Source: an uncultured Planctomycetaceae bacterium (GTDB taxonomy: Bacteria > Planctomycetota > Planctomycetia > Isosphaerales > Isosphaeraceae). Taken from it: 64,000 bases of DNA. The number at the start of each line of letters is the position of its first letter. The first letter of the stretch is position 1. Below the pieces are notes generated by a model. The model was not told the DNA's origin, did not search any database, and was given only the letters and a program-made list of their open reading frames with translations. Where the stretch lies: positions 2,112,001 through 2,176,000 of the forward strand of contig CAWIAD010000001.1 of the NCBI GenBank assembly GCA_963833985.1. The letters are read 5' to 3'. The position numbers and the translations under genes were made by a program. Positions 1-11,655 of this stretch are shown one piece after another.

Positions 1-7
1 TATCCTG

Positions 8-286
8 ATGACGTTCGCGCTGCTGCGCAATGACGAGAGCTATTACGAGTCGAACCCGGTCGCAGGCTGGTTCTTCGCCCGCTGGAACATGGCTGGCCTG
101 GTCGCGTTCAAGTTCTCGGCGATCGCCGGCGCCATCGCGCTGGGCGAGCTCATCGAGCGGCGCCGTGGTGGGCTCGGTAAGCTGGTGCTCGCGGTCGGCT
201 GCGCGGCCGCGGCTGCCGTCGTCTGGCACAGCCTGCGTCTGTATCTGGGGACCTCCGGACTGCCGATCGTCGGAGACATCGGTTGA
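8..286 (+). CDS. DUF5658-like small membrane protein (probably 5'-truncated by the window edge)
   Basis: '[11 protein letters not shown]...GLVAFKF' motif followed by hydrophobic helices. Confidence 0.65.
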   Translation: MTFALLRNDESYYESNPVAGWFFARWNMAGLVAFKFSAIAGAIALGELIERRRGGLGKLVLAVGCAAAAAVVWHSLRLYLGTSGLPIVGDIG

Positions 287-317
287 TGCGGAGAGGGCGA
301 CCGGTTCCCGTGAATTC

Positions 318-1405
318 TCAGAACGCGTCCGCCGAGAGGATCTCGCCACCATCTCGTGTGGACAGGCTGCGCCAGGATGCCAGGCTGACGGAATCGCGCA
401 CGAAGCCGACATGGCCGTCGCAATAAAGCACGTTGACCCCGCCGGGATGGAAGCTGCGCCGGCCTTCCAGCCCGGGTTGTGATAAGTCACGCAGTCGTCC
501 CGGATGGAATTCGGTCCCAGGTAATGATTGTAGAGAGTGTTCAAATAATTGCCGTCCCACCAGCTCGAGCCCTTGAAGAGCATCCACCCGCGGCCGGCGG
601 CGGAGCAGGCGTCGTCCGTGAGCGGAGCCGACCAGACACGCGCGAAGGCCCGCACGCGCGGGCTCGGCGCCGGGGATGGCGAGGTCTGCGTGTAGGTTCC
701 GGGAATTCCCAGCGGCTGCTCGGACGCGGCTGCGGTGCCGCTGGCGCCGTCGCGGATCGTCGCCAGCGATTGCGACGGTCCGAGGATGAACGCCCCGTTG
801 GCAAGAGTGGCGTCTCCTCCGTTGGAGCCGTCGCCGGCGCAGAAGGCGTAGTTCGTTGGCCCTGAGGTCGGATCGGGCGGAACCCCGCCATCGCTGGGGC
901 ACAGAAAGAGCGCGACGCTGGTCCCCATGGCCGTGGCATTGGCCGGGTAGTACGGCCAGAAGGCCGAGCTGGAACCGGATGCCGGCTGGTGGGCGATCGG
1001 AAAGTTGAAATTGAGGGCGCCATAAAGCACGGTCTGCTCGAGGAAGGGCGCCATCTGGGCCAGCGCCGACCAGCGATACTGCTGCGGTGACGAGTCGGGC
1101 AGAACGTTGTTCTTCGTGGGATAGAGGAATCCCACGGGGAAGCAGTTGAGGGCCGAGTGGTAATTGTGCAGCGCGATGCCGAGCTGTTTCAGGTTGCTCA
1201 GGCACTGGGTGCGCCGGGCGGCCTCGCGCGCGGCCTGCACTGCTGGCAGGAGCAGCGCGATCAGCACCGCGATGATGGCGATCACGACCAGCAGTTCGAT
1301 GAGGGTGAACCCCGGTTGCGGCCGGGCATGCAGCCGGAGACGCGCACGCGACGTTCCAGCGTCCCTCGCATCATCCGGCCAGTCAGTCGTTGGGTCTGGG
1401 CCCAC
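318..1405 (-). CDS. DUF1559 (prepilin-type N-terminal cleavage / H-X9-DG) protein, 1-nt frameshift near 461
   Basis: Manual translation gives [43 protein letters not shown]. The C-terminus [16 protein letters not shown] is in another frame (ORF 318..1205). GTG start at 1405 with GGAGGA upstream. The N-terminal frame is missing from the ORF track because it runs off the window without a stop. Confidence 0.85.
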
Positions 1406-3294
1406 GCTTCAGATCCTCCGGAATCCGATCCGCGTTCGTCGCAGTCACGCCGCTCGGGGTCGGGGCGGCAAGGCCGTACACATCGACCCGCCCGTCATAG
1501 GTCGCCACCAGGACCTTTCCGTCCGCGACGCTCGGAGGGCAGAATTTGCTGAGGTTGAACGTGTTCCCCGGTATGTGCGTGCTGTCCCAGAGTAACTTGA
1601 GTCGGGGGGTGCCGTCGAGGTTCTTCACGGGGTCAAGCCGCGTTGCATCGTAGGCGCGGAGGATTCCTTCCACCACGTAGCGGTTGGCATCACCACGAAT
1701 CGGGGCGGTCGCCCAGACAATCGCCGTGTTCGGCTTCGATCCGTTGGCCGAGATCACCGGGAACCCCCCTGGCATGCCTCCCTTGCCGCCGAACCCCGCG
1801 GACGCGACCTCCGCGCTCCTGGCCAGGAAGGTCGCGGCACCGCTGGTGCCGATGGACCAGGCTCGAAGGCTCTCGTTCTCCCCCCAGGCGAACAGGGTCG
1901 GCCCCTGGGCCGGGATGTTGCAGAACGCGGGCGAGCCATGCAGGTGGTGCGTCTTGCCGTCATAGAGATGATCAAGGTTGCCAACCTGCGACGCGTCGAT
2001 GCCGAACCCCGGAAAATACGTGAAGAAGATCGGCGGTGCCTTGAGCCGCGTGAAGTCCGCTCCCTGGCCGAAGGCGGCCGTGTCCCTGGGCAGAACGTAG
2101 AGCACGCCGTCCTTGCCCGCCCCGATCACGAGGTCCAGGCCGGGCAGTGGGACCGGTCCCGCCGAGCCCAGGTCGTAGTCCTGGAAGTTGTCGTCCCCCT
2201 TGCGGTTTCGCACGGTATCGCGAAAGGGCGTGAACCAGGCGACCGCTTCCAGCTTCCCCTGGGCGGCCGGCCCCGGCGGGGGCGTGTACCGGAGCTTCAC
2301 GAAACTGTCCGGCAAATCGCCGGCCGCCGGCGGCTGGGTGTTGCCGGCCTCGTCCTCGACCCCGTAATTGCCGGTCATCACGTAGAGATCGCCGTTCTCG
2401 TCGGCCGCCGGCCCCTGGGCGGCCTGCCAGATTCCCGCGCCCGTCCCGTGTGGCGTGGTCGTCCAGGCGGCCGTCTGGCGGAAGGATCCGGCGTCAAAGG
2501 CAATGACCCAGCCATGCGTCGGGTCGTGCTCCTCGTGGGTCATGGCGAAGGCCACGAAGATGGTTTTCGTCGCCACGCCGGCGCTGCTGGGCCGGCTTGT
2601 CAAGAGCAGGCCGGAGCGCTGCTTCTGCCGCGAGGGAACGAACCGGGCGGTGGGGACGCCCTGGTCCGTGGCCGCGGCCTGGATCACGACCGGCGGATGG
2701 GCATCGCTGCCATTGGCCAGGTTCAATGCGTGCAACTGAAAGATCGCGCTGGCCACGCTGCCGTCGCTGCTGGTCCAGCTCACCACGTACATCGTTCTGG
2801 CATCCAGGTCGATGACCGGCGTACTGAGGATTCCCCAGAGCTTGTTCACGCCCCAGAGGTCGATTTCCGTCGAACCCGGAAACCCGCCCATCGGGGTGGG
2901 CTTCGGCTTGACGGGGCGGCCCAGCGAGCGCGGGCTGGACCAGATGGCCTGCCCCGCCCTGACGTCGAACGCCCATACGTTGTCGGCCATGGTGCACACG
3001 AAGACCACGTCGTGCACTTTGCCGTCGTTCATGGTCAGCCCCGGGACATAGAGCGGCTGCGCCTCGATCCGGGGGTCATCGGTCACCTGCAAGCTGAGCA
3101 GCTTGACCATCAGGTTGCTGCCCACCTTCTCCGGCGTGAGAGCGATCTCCCGCTGGTTCGCGCTGGTGCGCGCTGTTGCCGGAGCGCGTCAGCCAGGGCG
3201 TCTGCGCGGGAAGTGACGCGGCCGCGGCCAGGAGAATGAGCGGAAGCCCCAGGACGGCATAAGCCTGCGTCGAGCCGCGATGGTTCCCGATCAT
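1383..3294 (-). CDS. Secreted PQQ-like beta-propeller protein, 2-nt frameshift near 3168
   Basis: [41 protein letters not shown] and [12 protein letters not shown] motifs. The signal peptide lies in ORF 3076..3345 and joins the main ORF if GC is restored in a GCGC run. Confidence 0.75.
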
Positions 3295-3404
3295 GGTGAG
3301 TTCCCGGCGGACGGTGAAGCAGAACGTGTCTCTCATGCAATCCAATCATGATTCGCGTGGGCAGACCGAAGCAGACAAGGACCGTTGCGCTCTGGCTACT
3401 TCGT

Positions 3405-3761
3405 TCATCGTGGCTCCCTGACGCCCAGAGTCGCGGGCGGTTCCCGCCAGCGCTGGCGGCGGCGGTCGATGAGGCGGGCGACGAAGGTCTCATACTCCTC
3501 ATGGGACCGGCGCCTCTTCGGGTCCCAGCGCCTCCCTTTCTCCCAGTTGCAAGAACCATGGACGAGACCCAGGTTCTCCAGCTCGTCAGTGCCTCCCCGG
3601 GAGCGTGCGCGGATGTGCTCCAGGGTGGCACCCACACCGGTGGCGCGATCGAAGGCCAGTGGTCCATTGCAGATCAGGCACTTGCCAACCCAGGTGGCTC
3701 CCACCAGCCGGAACGTCGTATCGGTCTCGGCAACCCGGCCGAGTCGTTCGGCAGGCTTCAT
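3405..3761 (-). CDS. HNH endonuclease family protein
   Basis: CLIC...TLEHIRARSRGGTDELENLGLVHGSCNWEKG. Confidence 0.85.
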   Translation of the reverse strand: MKPAERLGRVAETDTTFRLVGATWVGKCLICNGPLAFDRATGVGATLEHIRARSRGGTDELENLGLVHGSCNWEKGRRWDPKRRRSHEEYETFVARLIDRRRQRWREPPATLGVREPR

Positions 3762-3969
3762 GAGGCACCCTCAATGGATCATGCCATCTCGGATTTGACA
3801 GGCCCCACTGGTGACCTAGATTCAGAATGCGGGCTGGTGCTGCTCGGTGCCCTGAATCGAGCCCGCACGCAGGGATCATCGAAGAAGCGCGGAGATGACG
3901 GCCCCTGGGAACGATCTCGTCGGCGACCCAGGTTTCCGCGGCCGGTGTCGTGCAGCAGCGAGGCTCAAC

Positions 3970-4951
3970 ATGGATGCTCGGGGCAAAACGCAGATCTGCA
4001 TCTCCACCGTGGCCGGCGAAGATCCCGCAGCCGTGCCCACGGACACATCTCCCTTGCTCCTCTACCTGATCATGGTCCGCGGCGGAGTACCGGGCACCAT
4101 GCTCCGCCTTGCCCAGAAGTCCAGCAGCCTCGGCCGCTCGGCGGACAACACGTTCCAGATCCACGACAGCACCGTCTCCCGGCGGCACGCCCTGATCACG
4201 GTTGATACCTCCGCGGCCGCGTGGCTCATGGACCTGGGCAGCACCAACGGTACGTTTGTCAATGGCCGGCGCATTCCCATGCACACGCCGGTCCAGATTG
4301 GTGATGGATCCAGAATTCAGCTGGGCTCGGCCACGCTGCTCAAGTATCTCAAGCTCGACCCCTGCGAGGAAGGCTTCCAGCGCGAGCTTTACGAACGCTC
4401 GGTCCGAGACAACCTGACCGGCCTGTACAACCGCGGCTACTTCCTCAGCCAGATCGGACCGCTTGCCGAGCTGAACACGATGTGCGAGCTTGGCCTGGCG
4501 CTGATCCTGGTGGACATTGACCATTTCAAGCAGGTCAATGACACGCACGGGCACCACGTCGGCGACCTGATCCTCCGCGAGGTGGCGGACGTGCTCCGCG
4601 AGTCGGCCCGGGGAGAAGACCTGGTGGCCCGCTATGGAGGTGAGGAGTTCATCCTGGCCCTGCCGAGCTGCTCCCTGGAGCAAGCGTCGGAACTCGCCGA
4701 GCGGATTCGCGTCCGGCTCTTCGAGCCGGCTGGTCGAGGCCTCGGACGCGCGGGTGAGCGTGACCGCCAGCCTCGGCCTGTCGTTCGCACCTCCCGGCCG
4801 GATCCGCGACATCGCCGCCCTCATCACCGCGGCCGATCAGGCGCTCTACAGGGCCAAGCGAACCGGTCGCAACCGCCTCGTCGCCCACTCGATGAGCGAC
4901 CAGGAACCGGGGCGCAAGACCGAATCCGCGGACGCCTTCGTCCTCTTCTGA
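3970..4951 (+). CDS. FHA-domain diguanylate cyclase (GGDEF), +1 frameshift near 4720
   Basis: FHA motifs LGRS..VSRRHA..DLGSTNGTFVNG; DNLTGLYNR, DIDHFKQVNDTHGH, RYGGEEF. C-terminal VTASLG..ADQALYRAKRTGRN is in the frame of ORF 4634..4951. Confidence 0.9.
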
Positions 4952-5319
4952 ATGCTCCGCCCAGCAGACCCGCCGCACTCTCATGTCCTGCCGCTTTCCG
5001 CCGGACTGGTCCGGGCACGACGCGCTCTTCACAAACCGGAGCCAGCGGTCTAAAGTCTTCAGGATCATCATCTTATGGCCCTATTTGATGGTCCGTCCGG
5101 GGACCGCAGCGAGCGTCCGATCTGCGCTTCGGAGTGGGGCAGGCGGCGAACCCGTGGTCCTCGAGTTCGCCCGCGGACATGCAGTCTCGGACCGCGCGGC
5201 CGGCGGTAAAGAAGCCTGCTGCGTTGCAGTCATCGGGCGGATATGCTGGTGCGGGGCTGCGCCGTTTCGGCCCCGGCATCCTGGTTTGCAATGCTTGTCA
5301 CGATCGGGAGAGACCACCC

Positions 5320-6186
5320 GTGCCGCAGTCGAACGACAGTCCTGGATCGGACCTTGCTCCCTGTTGCCTGGGCGTCTGTAGCTGGAGCCTTCAGGTTCGC
5401 AGTGTGCCAGAGCTGCAACGGCTGCTGGAGCGTCTGGGAATCGACGTGGTTCAGATGGCCTGCGGAGATCCGCAGCACGCGAGCTGGGACGAGGCCGACA
5501 CCCTCCCCGAGGCTGCGCGTGCGTCCGGGATCGTCATGTCGGCGGCCATGCTGGGCTTTCCCGGCGAGGATTACACCACTCCCCAGACCATCCAGCAGAC
5601 GGGTGGATTTGGCAACCCCGCGACCCGCAGTGAACGGCTGGAACGGCTCGGCTGGGGGCTGAAGCGGACCGTGGACCTGGGACTTCGCGACCTCACGCTG
5701 CACGCCGGGTTCATTCCCGCAGTTGCCGATCCTGCGCGTCCGGCGTTCCTCGACACACTCAGAAAGGCCGCGGAGCTCGCCCGGCAGTACGGGGTGACCC
5801 TGGCGTTCGAGACCGGGCAGGAGACCGCCGGGCTGCTCCTTGCCACCCTGGAAGAGTTGCAGGCGACGAACCTGATGGTCAACTTCGACCCGGCCAACAT
5901 GCTGCTGTACGACATGGGCGACCCGATCGAGGCCGTGCAATTACTCGGGTCGAGAATCCGCTCCGTGCACGTCAAGGACGCGCGCCGGCCAAAGGCGAAG
6001 GGAGAATGGGGAGAGGAAGTCCCCCTGGGTGAGGGCGAAGTCGGGATCGGGCGGTTTCTCGGTGCGCTGCGGGAGATCGGATATCAGGGCCCGCTGGTGA
6101 TCGAGCGCGAGGTCGGAAACCAGGAGCAGCGCCTGCGTGACGTGGCCCACGGTCTGGAAGTTCTTCGCCGCTGCCTGGCCGAGTGA
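5320..6186 (+). CDS. Sugar phosphate isomerase/epimerase (xylose isomerase-like TIM barrel)
   Basis: AFETGQE, NFDPAN, VHVKDA, LGEGEV, LVIERE motifs; GTG start inferred. Confidence 0.85.
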   Translation: MPQSNDSPGSDLAPCCLGVCSWSLQVRSVPELQRLLERLGIDVVQMACGDPQHASWDEADTLPEAARASGIVMSAAMLGFPGEDYTTPQTIQQTGGFGNPATRSERLERLGWGLKRTVDLGLRDLTLHAGFIPAVADPARPAFLDTLRKAAELARQYGVTLAFETGQETAGLLLATLEELQATNLMVNFDPANMLLYDMGDPIEAVQLLGSRIRSVHVKDARRPKAKGEWGEEVPLGEGEVGIGRFLGALREIGYQGPLVIEREVGNQEQRLRDVAHGLEVLRRCLAE

Positions 6187-6285
6187 TCGCCGGCAAACGG
6201 CAAGGAGCAGGCACTAGGCCTGCTCCGGCAGCCGTGAACCGGTGCGGGTTTGCTGGCGAAGATGATCAACTGATGAAGATGCTGA

Positions 6286-6621
6286 TCAGCTGACCACGCT
6301 ATCGACGACGTGGGCGAGTTCCCGCCCAGCCTCGGTCAGCGCGTAGAAGTTGTGCTTGCCCGACCGCCGGGGCTCGATGAGCCTGCCGTGCCGCAGCAGC
6401 GCCAGGTGATGGCTCACGGCGGGCTGGCTCTGCGTGCCGAGGTCGGTACAGAGTTCGGACACGTTACGCTCCTTTTCGCTCAGGAGCATGAGAACTTGTA
6501 GCCGCGTGGGGTCCGAGACCTGCTTGAGCAGTTCCGCGACCCGCCGGATCTCGGCCAGTGACCGGCCTGCCGCCGTGGACTTGGCCGTCCGGGTTGCTGA
6601 CTTCGTGGTGGACGCTGCCAT
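6286..6621 (-). CDS. ArsR/SmtB family transcriptional regulator
   Basis: DPTRLQVLMLL..NVSEL..SQPAVSHHLALLR..G..NFYAL; GAGGA SD before ATG at 6621. Confidence 0.9.
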   Translation of the reverse strand: MAASTTKSATRTAKSTAAGRSLAEIRRVAELLKQVSDPTRLQVLMLLSEKERNVSELCTDLGTQSQPAVSHHLALLRHGRLIEPRRSGKHNFYALTEAGRELAHVVDSVVS

Positions 6622-6716
6622 GGTTTTCCTCAACCATCCGTCTATCAAGGGTTTGCGCGAACAGTGACTCGGCCATGTGGAATCACGGTATCGTTAGTTA
6701 TGGATCGCTAGAGGTC

Positions 6717-6745
6717 ATGATAGGATTATCCGTAGATCTCGTCAA
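6717..6745 (-). promoter_or_regulatory. Sigma70-like promoter for the ArsR gene
   Basis: Minus strand TTGACG-17 nt-TATCAT. Confidence 0.6.
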
Positions 6746-7042
6746 GTGCTTCTGTCACTTTCATTCAATTCAGTTCCAGGGCCGACGACGTCCTAGAAAT
6801 GCCGATGCGTTTGCATAAGGCGCGGCGGTCCTCAAGGTACGGAATTTGCAGACCCAATCGCTGAATTGAACGGGTTTGTTTCAATTTGCGCTGCTTCCCC
6901 GGCTGCCGCGAAGCGATCCGGGGGGACTTGCTCTGCCGGTTATCTGAACTTATGATGAGATCACCGCAAGAAAACGGCGTTCAGGACGTGATCTCCAGCA
7001 CGGGGCGCCTTGCCACTACTTCTCCGACGAAGGTCGTGATCC

Positions 7043-8506
7043 ATGCCCGGGGCCGCTGCCGCATCACAAGGGACCCGCACCGCACTTGAAGTTGCCTACC
7101 AGCAGTGCATCCACCCCGAGTGCGGCGCGACCTACCCGGTCACGGAAACACATTTCGCGTGCCCTGCTTGCGGCGATCTGCTGGACGTCGTCTATGACTG
7201 GGACCGCCTTCCCGTCCCCCGGAATCTCGCCGAGTTCCAGTCTCGATGGGCTGATCGACTGGATCCGCTCAACTTTTCCGGAGTCTGGCGCTTTCGCGAC
7301 CTGCTTCCGTTCGCTCCGGCCGAGAGTGTGGTCACCATCGGCGAGGGCCAGACCCTGCTCCAGCAAGCCGACAAGGTCGGGCAATATGTCGGCATGGCAC
7401 CCGGTCGGTTGCTTCTCCAGTACGAGGGAATGAACCCCTCTGGGAGCTTCAAGGATAATGGCATGACGGCCGCGTTCACGCATGCTCGCATGGTTGGCGC
7501 CAAGCGAGTGGCATGCGCCAGTACGGGCAATACCTCCGCGGCACTGGCAGTTTACTGTTCAGCGACAGGCCTCGGGTTTCGGGCCATCATTTTTGTCGGT
7601 TCGGGGAAAATCGCCTACGGCAAGCTGGCACAGGCGCTCGATCACGGCGCGCTGACCATCCAGATCAACGGCGACTTCGACGATGCCATGCTCCGCGTCC
7701 GGCAAATCGCCGATCGCCTTGGCATCTACCTGATGAACTCGGTGAACCCGTTCCGGCTGGAAGGCCAGAAAACCATCATGTACCGCGTGCTGGAGGCCAT
7801 GCGCTGGGAGGTTCCGGACTGGATCGTCGTCCCCGGAGGTAACCTGGGCAACTCCAGCGCATTCGGAAAGGCATTCATCGAACTGAAGCATCTTGGCTTG
7901 GTCGCCCGGGTCCCGAGGCTGGCGGTCATCAACGCCGCTGGCGCCTGCACGCTTGCCGAGCTGGTCGGCCAGCGCAAGCTTTCGTGGCGGAGCGGCCTGC
8001 CCGCGATGGACGTGATCAGCGGCTATTATGGAGAGCTCGATGCGCAGCAGCGGAAGGCGTCGACGATCGCCTCGGCCATCGAGATCAACCGGCCGGTCAA
8101 CCTCAAGAAGTGTCTCCGGGCACTCGATTTTTGCTCGGGCGTGGTGCGGCACGTGAGCGACCAGGAAATCCTGGACGCCAAGGCTCAGGTCGGGGCCGGC
8201 GGTCTGGGTTGCGAGCCGGCCAGCGCGGCGACCGTGGCCGGCGCCCGGCGGTTACGCGAGGAGAACGTCATTGCCGCCTCCGACCGGGTGGTCTGCATCC
8301 TCACGGGACATCAGCTCAAGGACCCGGGGGCAACGGTCGCTTACCACGGTGCCGACGAGCAGCAATTCCAGAAGGTCCTGGGGAGCCGGGGAGTGCACGC
8401 TGCCCCGTTCGCGAACCGGCCGGTCGTGGTCGCCAATGATCTGGATGAAATCGTGGAAGCGATTGCCCGCCACGCCCGGACCGCGGCTGCCCCGGTGGCT
8501 TCCTGA
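7043..8506 (+). CDS. thrC: Threonine synthase
   Basis: N-terminal Cys pairs; NPSGSFKD (PLP lysine), [44 protein letters not shown]. Confidence 0.93.
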   Translation: MPGAAAASQGTRTALEVAYQQCIHPECGATYPVTETHFACPACGDLLDVVYDWDRLPVPRNLAEFQSRWADRLDPLNFSGVWRFRDLLPFAPAESVVTIGEGQTLLQQADKVGQYVGMAPGRLLLQYEGMNPSGSFKDNGMTAAFTHARMVGAKRVACASTGNTSAALAVYCSATGLGFRAIIFVGSGKIAYGKLAQALDHGALTIQINGDFDDAMLRVRQIADRLGIYLMNSVNPFRLEGQKTIMYRVLEAMRWEVPDWIVVPGGNLGNSSAFGKAFIELKHLGLVARVPRLAVINAAGACTLAELVGQRKLSWRSGLPAMDVISGYYGELDAQQRKASTIASAIEINRPVNLKKCLRALDFCSGVVRHVSDQEILDAKAQVGAGGLGCEPASAATVAGARRLREENVIAASDRVVCILTGHQLKDPGATVAYHGADEQQFQKVLGSRGVHAAPFANRPVVVANDLDEIVEAIARHARTAAAPVAS

Positions 8507-8554
8507 ATCCAAACACGCAGGGCCGGCTGGACCGGTCAGGAAGGACAGCATCGC

Positions 8555-9352
8555 GTGAATCAGAAAACAGTCCGCCTGGGACTCCATGGAGCAGGGGGCC
8601 GGATGGGCTTGCGGCTCGTGCAACTCGTCACCGAGGATCCTCGCGTGGAGCTGGGCTGGGCCATCGATCGGCCCGACCACCCGCGCCGGGGCGAGGACGC
8701 GGGCGTGCTGGCCGCCACCGGCCCGCTCGGTGTGCCACTCTCGACGCTCGCCCAGCACGGAGTGCACGTCGATGCTATGATCGATTTCTCACATCCCCTG
8801 GCCACCCTCGAGCTGGCCCGCGCCTGTGCGGAGCGGTCCATCCCCCTGGTCGTGGGCACGACCGGCCTGACCGGCCCCCAGCGCGCTGAGCTGGAACAGG
8901 CCGCGGCGCGGATCCCGCTGCTGCTCTCGCCGAATATGAGCAGGGCCGTGAATCTGCTCATGCGACTGGTTGCGGAGACGGCCAGTGCACTCGGGCAATC
9001 GGCCGACATCGAGATCATTGAACGTCATCATCGACTCAAGCGTGACGCGCCCAGCGGCACAGCCCTGCGGCTGGCGGAGATCGCCGCCGGCGCCGCCGGG
9101 ATCACTCGGTTCATCAGCGGCCGTGAAGGACAGGTGGGGCAGAGACCCGGCAACGAGATCGGCATCCATGCGGTCCGCGCGGGGGACGATCCCGGCGAGC
9201 ATACCGTGATCTTCGGCCTGCCGGGAGAATCGCTGGAACTGTCGCATCGCGCCCTGAACCGCGATGGTTTCGTTCGCGGCGCCATCGATGCCGCGGTTTT
9301 CCTGGCAAGGCAGCCGGCGGGACGCTACACCATGAGCGACGTTCTCAGCTAA
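8555..9352 (+). CDS. dapB: 4-hydroxy-tetrahydrodipicolinate reductase
   Basis: GAGGRMG, VVGTTG, PNMS, ERHHRLKRDAPSGTA. Confidence 0.95.
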   Translation: MNQKTVRLGLHGAGGRMGLRLVQLVTEDPRVELGWAIDRPDHPRRGEDAGVLAATGPLGVPLSTLAQHGVHVDAMIDFSHPLATLELARACAERSIPLVVGTTGLTGPQRAELEQAAARIPLLLSPNMSRAVNLLMRLVAETASALGQSADIEIIERHHRLKRDAPSGTALRLAEIAAGAAGITRFISGREGQVGQRPGNEIGIHAVRAGDDPGEHTVIFGLPGESLELSHRALNRDGFVRGAIDAAVFLARQPAGRYTMSDVLS

Positions 9353-9407
9353 GCGGACCGAGGATGCGTTGCCCCAGAAGCTCCTGGCCCCGAAAGGCGA
9401 GATCAGC

Positions 9408-9803
9408 ATGGCTCGTTGCGAACAGGGTTACCTCTGCGAGGTTTGCGGACAGGAGGTTGAGGACTTGACCGACTCCGACCTGTATCTGCGCTACGTCCTG
9501 GGCGAGGTCGCCCCCGAGCGGCTGCACTTGCTTCCCGAGCGGCACATTCGCTGCAATCCCGTGCTGGCCCAGTTCATCGCGACCGAGGGCTGGTTGCCCG
9601 TGGTGGTCGAGGGGGCCTTCTCCAGGAGTGCGCTGGACCGGGAATTCGTCGACCACGAGGAATCTCGAGTCACGCGCGGGTATCATCGACTCCGCGAACT
9701 CGTCCGTCTCGGGCTCCCCATCGAGGACTACCCCCTGGCATTGACGGCCGGGGATACCGATCACCCGGACGGGCAGGGCGGCGCATCGTCCCCGCATGCA
9801 TGA
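9408..9803 (+). CDS. Hypothetical Cys-containing protein
   Basis: Compact ORF co-oriented with dapB; MARCEQGYLCEVCG..HIRCNP. Confidence 0.7.
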   Translation: MARCEQGYLCEVCGQEVEDLTDSDLYLRYVLGEVAPERLHLLPERHIRCNPVLAQFIATEGWLPVVVEGAFSRSALDREFVDHEESRVTRGYHRLRELVRLGLPIEDYPLALTAGDTDHPDGQGGASSPHA

Positions 9804-9836
9804 CCGACGGCGGTCAAGTTTCCAGAGAGAACACCC

Positions 9837-10430
9837 ATGCTACCTGGTTGGCTCCACTTCTCCGGGTCTGCTCTGGGGCCGGCAACTCCCGATGAGTACC
9901 AGCAAGCGGAGGCTCCATCACAATCGCCGGCCGCCCGCATTCTCTTTCTGGATGACGATCCCGGCCGGGCCCGGTTGTTCCTCAAGCGCCATCCCGTGGC
10001 CGTCTGGGTGCAAACCGCGGAGGAATGCATCATGCACCTTCAAGAAGATTGGGATGAGGTGCATCTGGACCATGACCTGGGGGGCGAAATCTTCGTGGAT
10101 CCAAACCGCGACGATTGTGGCATGGAGGTTGTTCGCTGGCTCTGCACCGACTCAGGACGGCCTCGAGCCGGGACCTGGTTTTTCGTTCATAGCCACAACT
10201 CCGAGGCCGCCGGCCTGATGGTACGTATGCTCCGGCAGCACGCTTACCAGGCCATCTATCGACCCTTCGGAGTGGACGTCCTGCACCGGGTTTCCAGCGA
10301 CGAAGACACCACCGGCGACGGCGCCGAATTGCCGGCGGGACCCACCGGCGCGACGGGTTGCGCACCGCCAGCGAGCGCACCGGGTGTGCGCAGGTGGCTC
10401 GGTCGCTGGCTCCTCCGGTACCGCCGCTGA
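9837..10430 (+). CDS. Cyclic-phosphate-processing receiver-like domain protein
   Basis: ILFLDD..., [15 protein letters not shown] and VHSHN motifs. Confidence 0.7.
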   Translation: MLPGWLHFSGSALGPATPDEYQQAEAPSQSPAARILFLDDDPGRARLFLKRHPVAVWVQTAEECIMHLQEDWDEVHLDHDLGGEIFVDPNRDDCGMEVVRWLCTDSGRPRAGTWFFVHSHNSEAAGLMVRMLRQHAYQAIYRPFGVDVLHRVSSDEDTTGDGAELPAGPTGATGCAPPASAPGVRRWLGRWLLRYRR

Positions 10431-10605
10431 GCGCCCTGGCGGGCCATCTCCGGCCAGCGGTGAAGGCGTCGATGCCCTTCGGTTCGGGGCTGCGCGGGAC
10501 CTTGCCGGTTTTGAAATCGCACCCGCTGCCGTATCATGGCGTACTGGTGAACGTGACCGCCGCGGTCACGGGGCTCGGGACGAGGTTCATGTCCGGAGGG
10601 TTGCC

Positions 10606-11538
10606 TTGAGAACCGTCATCACGGGAGGAGCCGGGTTCATTGGCTCGCATCTGTGTGAGCGCTTCCTCGACGAGGGCCACGAGGTGGTCTGCGTGGATAA
10701 CCTGCTGACGGGAACGCGTCGCAACATCGCGCACCTGGAGGGCAATCACCGGTTCCGGTTCCTGGAACACAACATCTCCGAGCCGGTGGAGATCGACGGT
10801 CCGGTGGAGAACGTGCTCCATTTCGCCAGCCCCGCCAGCCCGGTGGATTACCTCGCCCACCCGATCCCCACGCTCAAGGTCGGCTCGCTCGGGACTCACA
10901 ACGCGCTGGGCCTGGCCAAGGCCAAGAATGCCCGGTTCCTGCTGGCCAGCACCTCGGAGGTTTATGGCGACCCCGAGGTGCACCCTCAGCGCGAGGACTA
11001 CTGGGGCCACGTCAACCCGATCGGTCCGCGGGGCTGCTACGACGAGGCCAAGCGGTTCGCCGAGGCGATCACCATGGCCTACCACCGGTTTCATGGCGTG
11101 AAGACTCGTATTGTCCGGATCTTCAACACCTACGGCCCGCGGATGCGCCTGAACGACGGTCGCGTGCTGCCCAATTTCATTAACCAGGCTCTGCACGGCG
11201 AACCGATCACGATTTACGGCAAGGGGGACCAGACGCGGAGCTTCTGCTACGTCAGCGACCTGGTCGAAGGTCTTTACCGCTTGCTCCTTTCCGACCACTC
11301 GCTGCCGGTGAACCTGGGGAACCCGTCAGAGATCACCGTGCTGGAGCTGGCCAGGGAGATCATCGCTCTGGTTGAGGGGACGAAGAGCACCGTCATCCAC
11401 TGCGACCTGCCTCAGGACGACCCGAAACGGCGCCGGCCCGATATCACCAAGGCGCAAACGCTGCTGGGCTGGAATCCGACGGTCGACCGTGGCGCGGGCT
11501 TTCGCCAGACGCTCGAGTATTTCCGGTCGGTCATTTGA
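10606..11538 (+). CDS. UDP-glucuronic acid decarboxylase family (extended SDR)
   Basis: [57 protein letters not shown] start with GGAGG SD. Confidence 0.92.
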   Translation: MRTVITGGAGFIGSHLCERFLDEGHEVVCVDNLLTGTRRNIAHLEGNHRFRFLEHNISEPVEIDGPVENVLHFASPASPVDYLAHPIPTLKVGSLGTHNALGLAKAKNARFLLASTSEVYGDPEVHPQREDYWGHVNPIGPRGCYDEAKRFAEAITMAYHRFHGVKTRIVRIFNTYGPRMRLNDGRVLPNFINQALHGEPITIYGKGDQTRSFCYVSDLVEGLYRLLLSDHSLPVNLGNPSEITVLELAREIIALVEGTKSTVIHCDLPQDDPKRRRPDITKAQTLLGWNPTVDRGAGFRQTLEYFRSVI

Positions 11539-11655
11539 GTGGCCCGCGCGCTGCGATGCGCGTCTCCGGCCCCAGCCGACCGCTCGCAGTCTCGCCAGCC
11601 GGGACGAAATCAGCCTATCGTCCGTTGTCATGCATGAATCACGAAGCGGAGTCCC

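Noticed and set aside
6750..7042. Lysine riboswitch or Thr leader peptide upstream of thrC-dapB
   Set aside because: No recognisable aptamer motifs, Thr/Ile codon run or terminator
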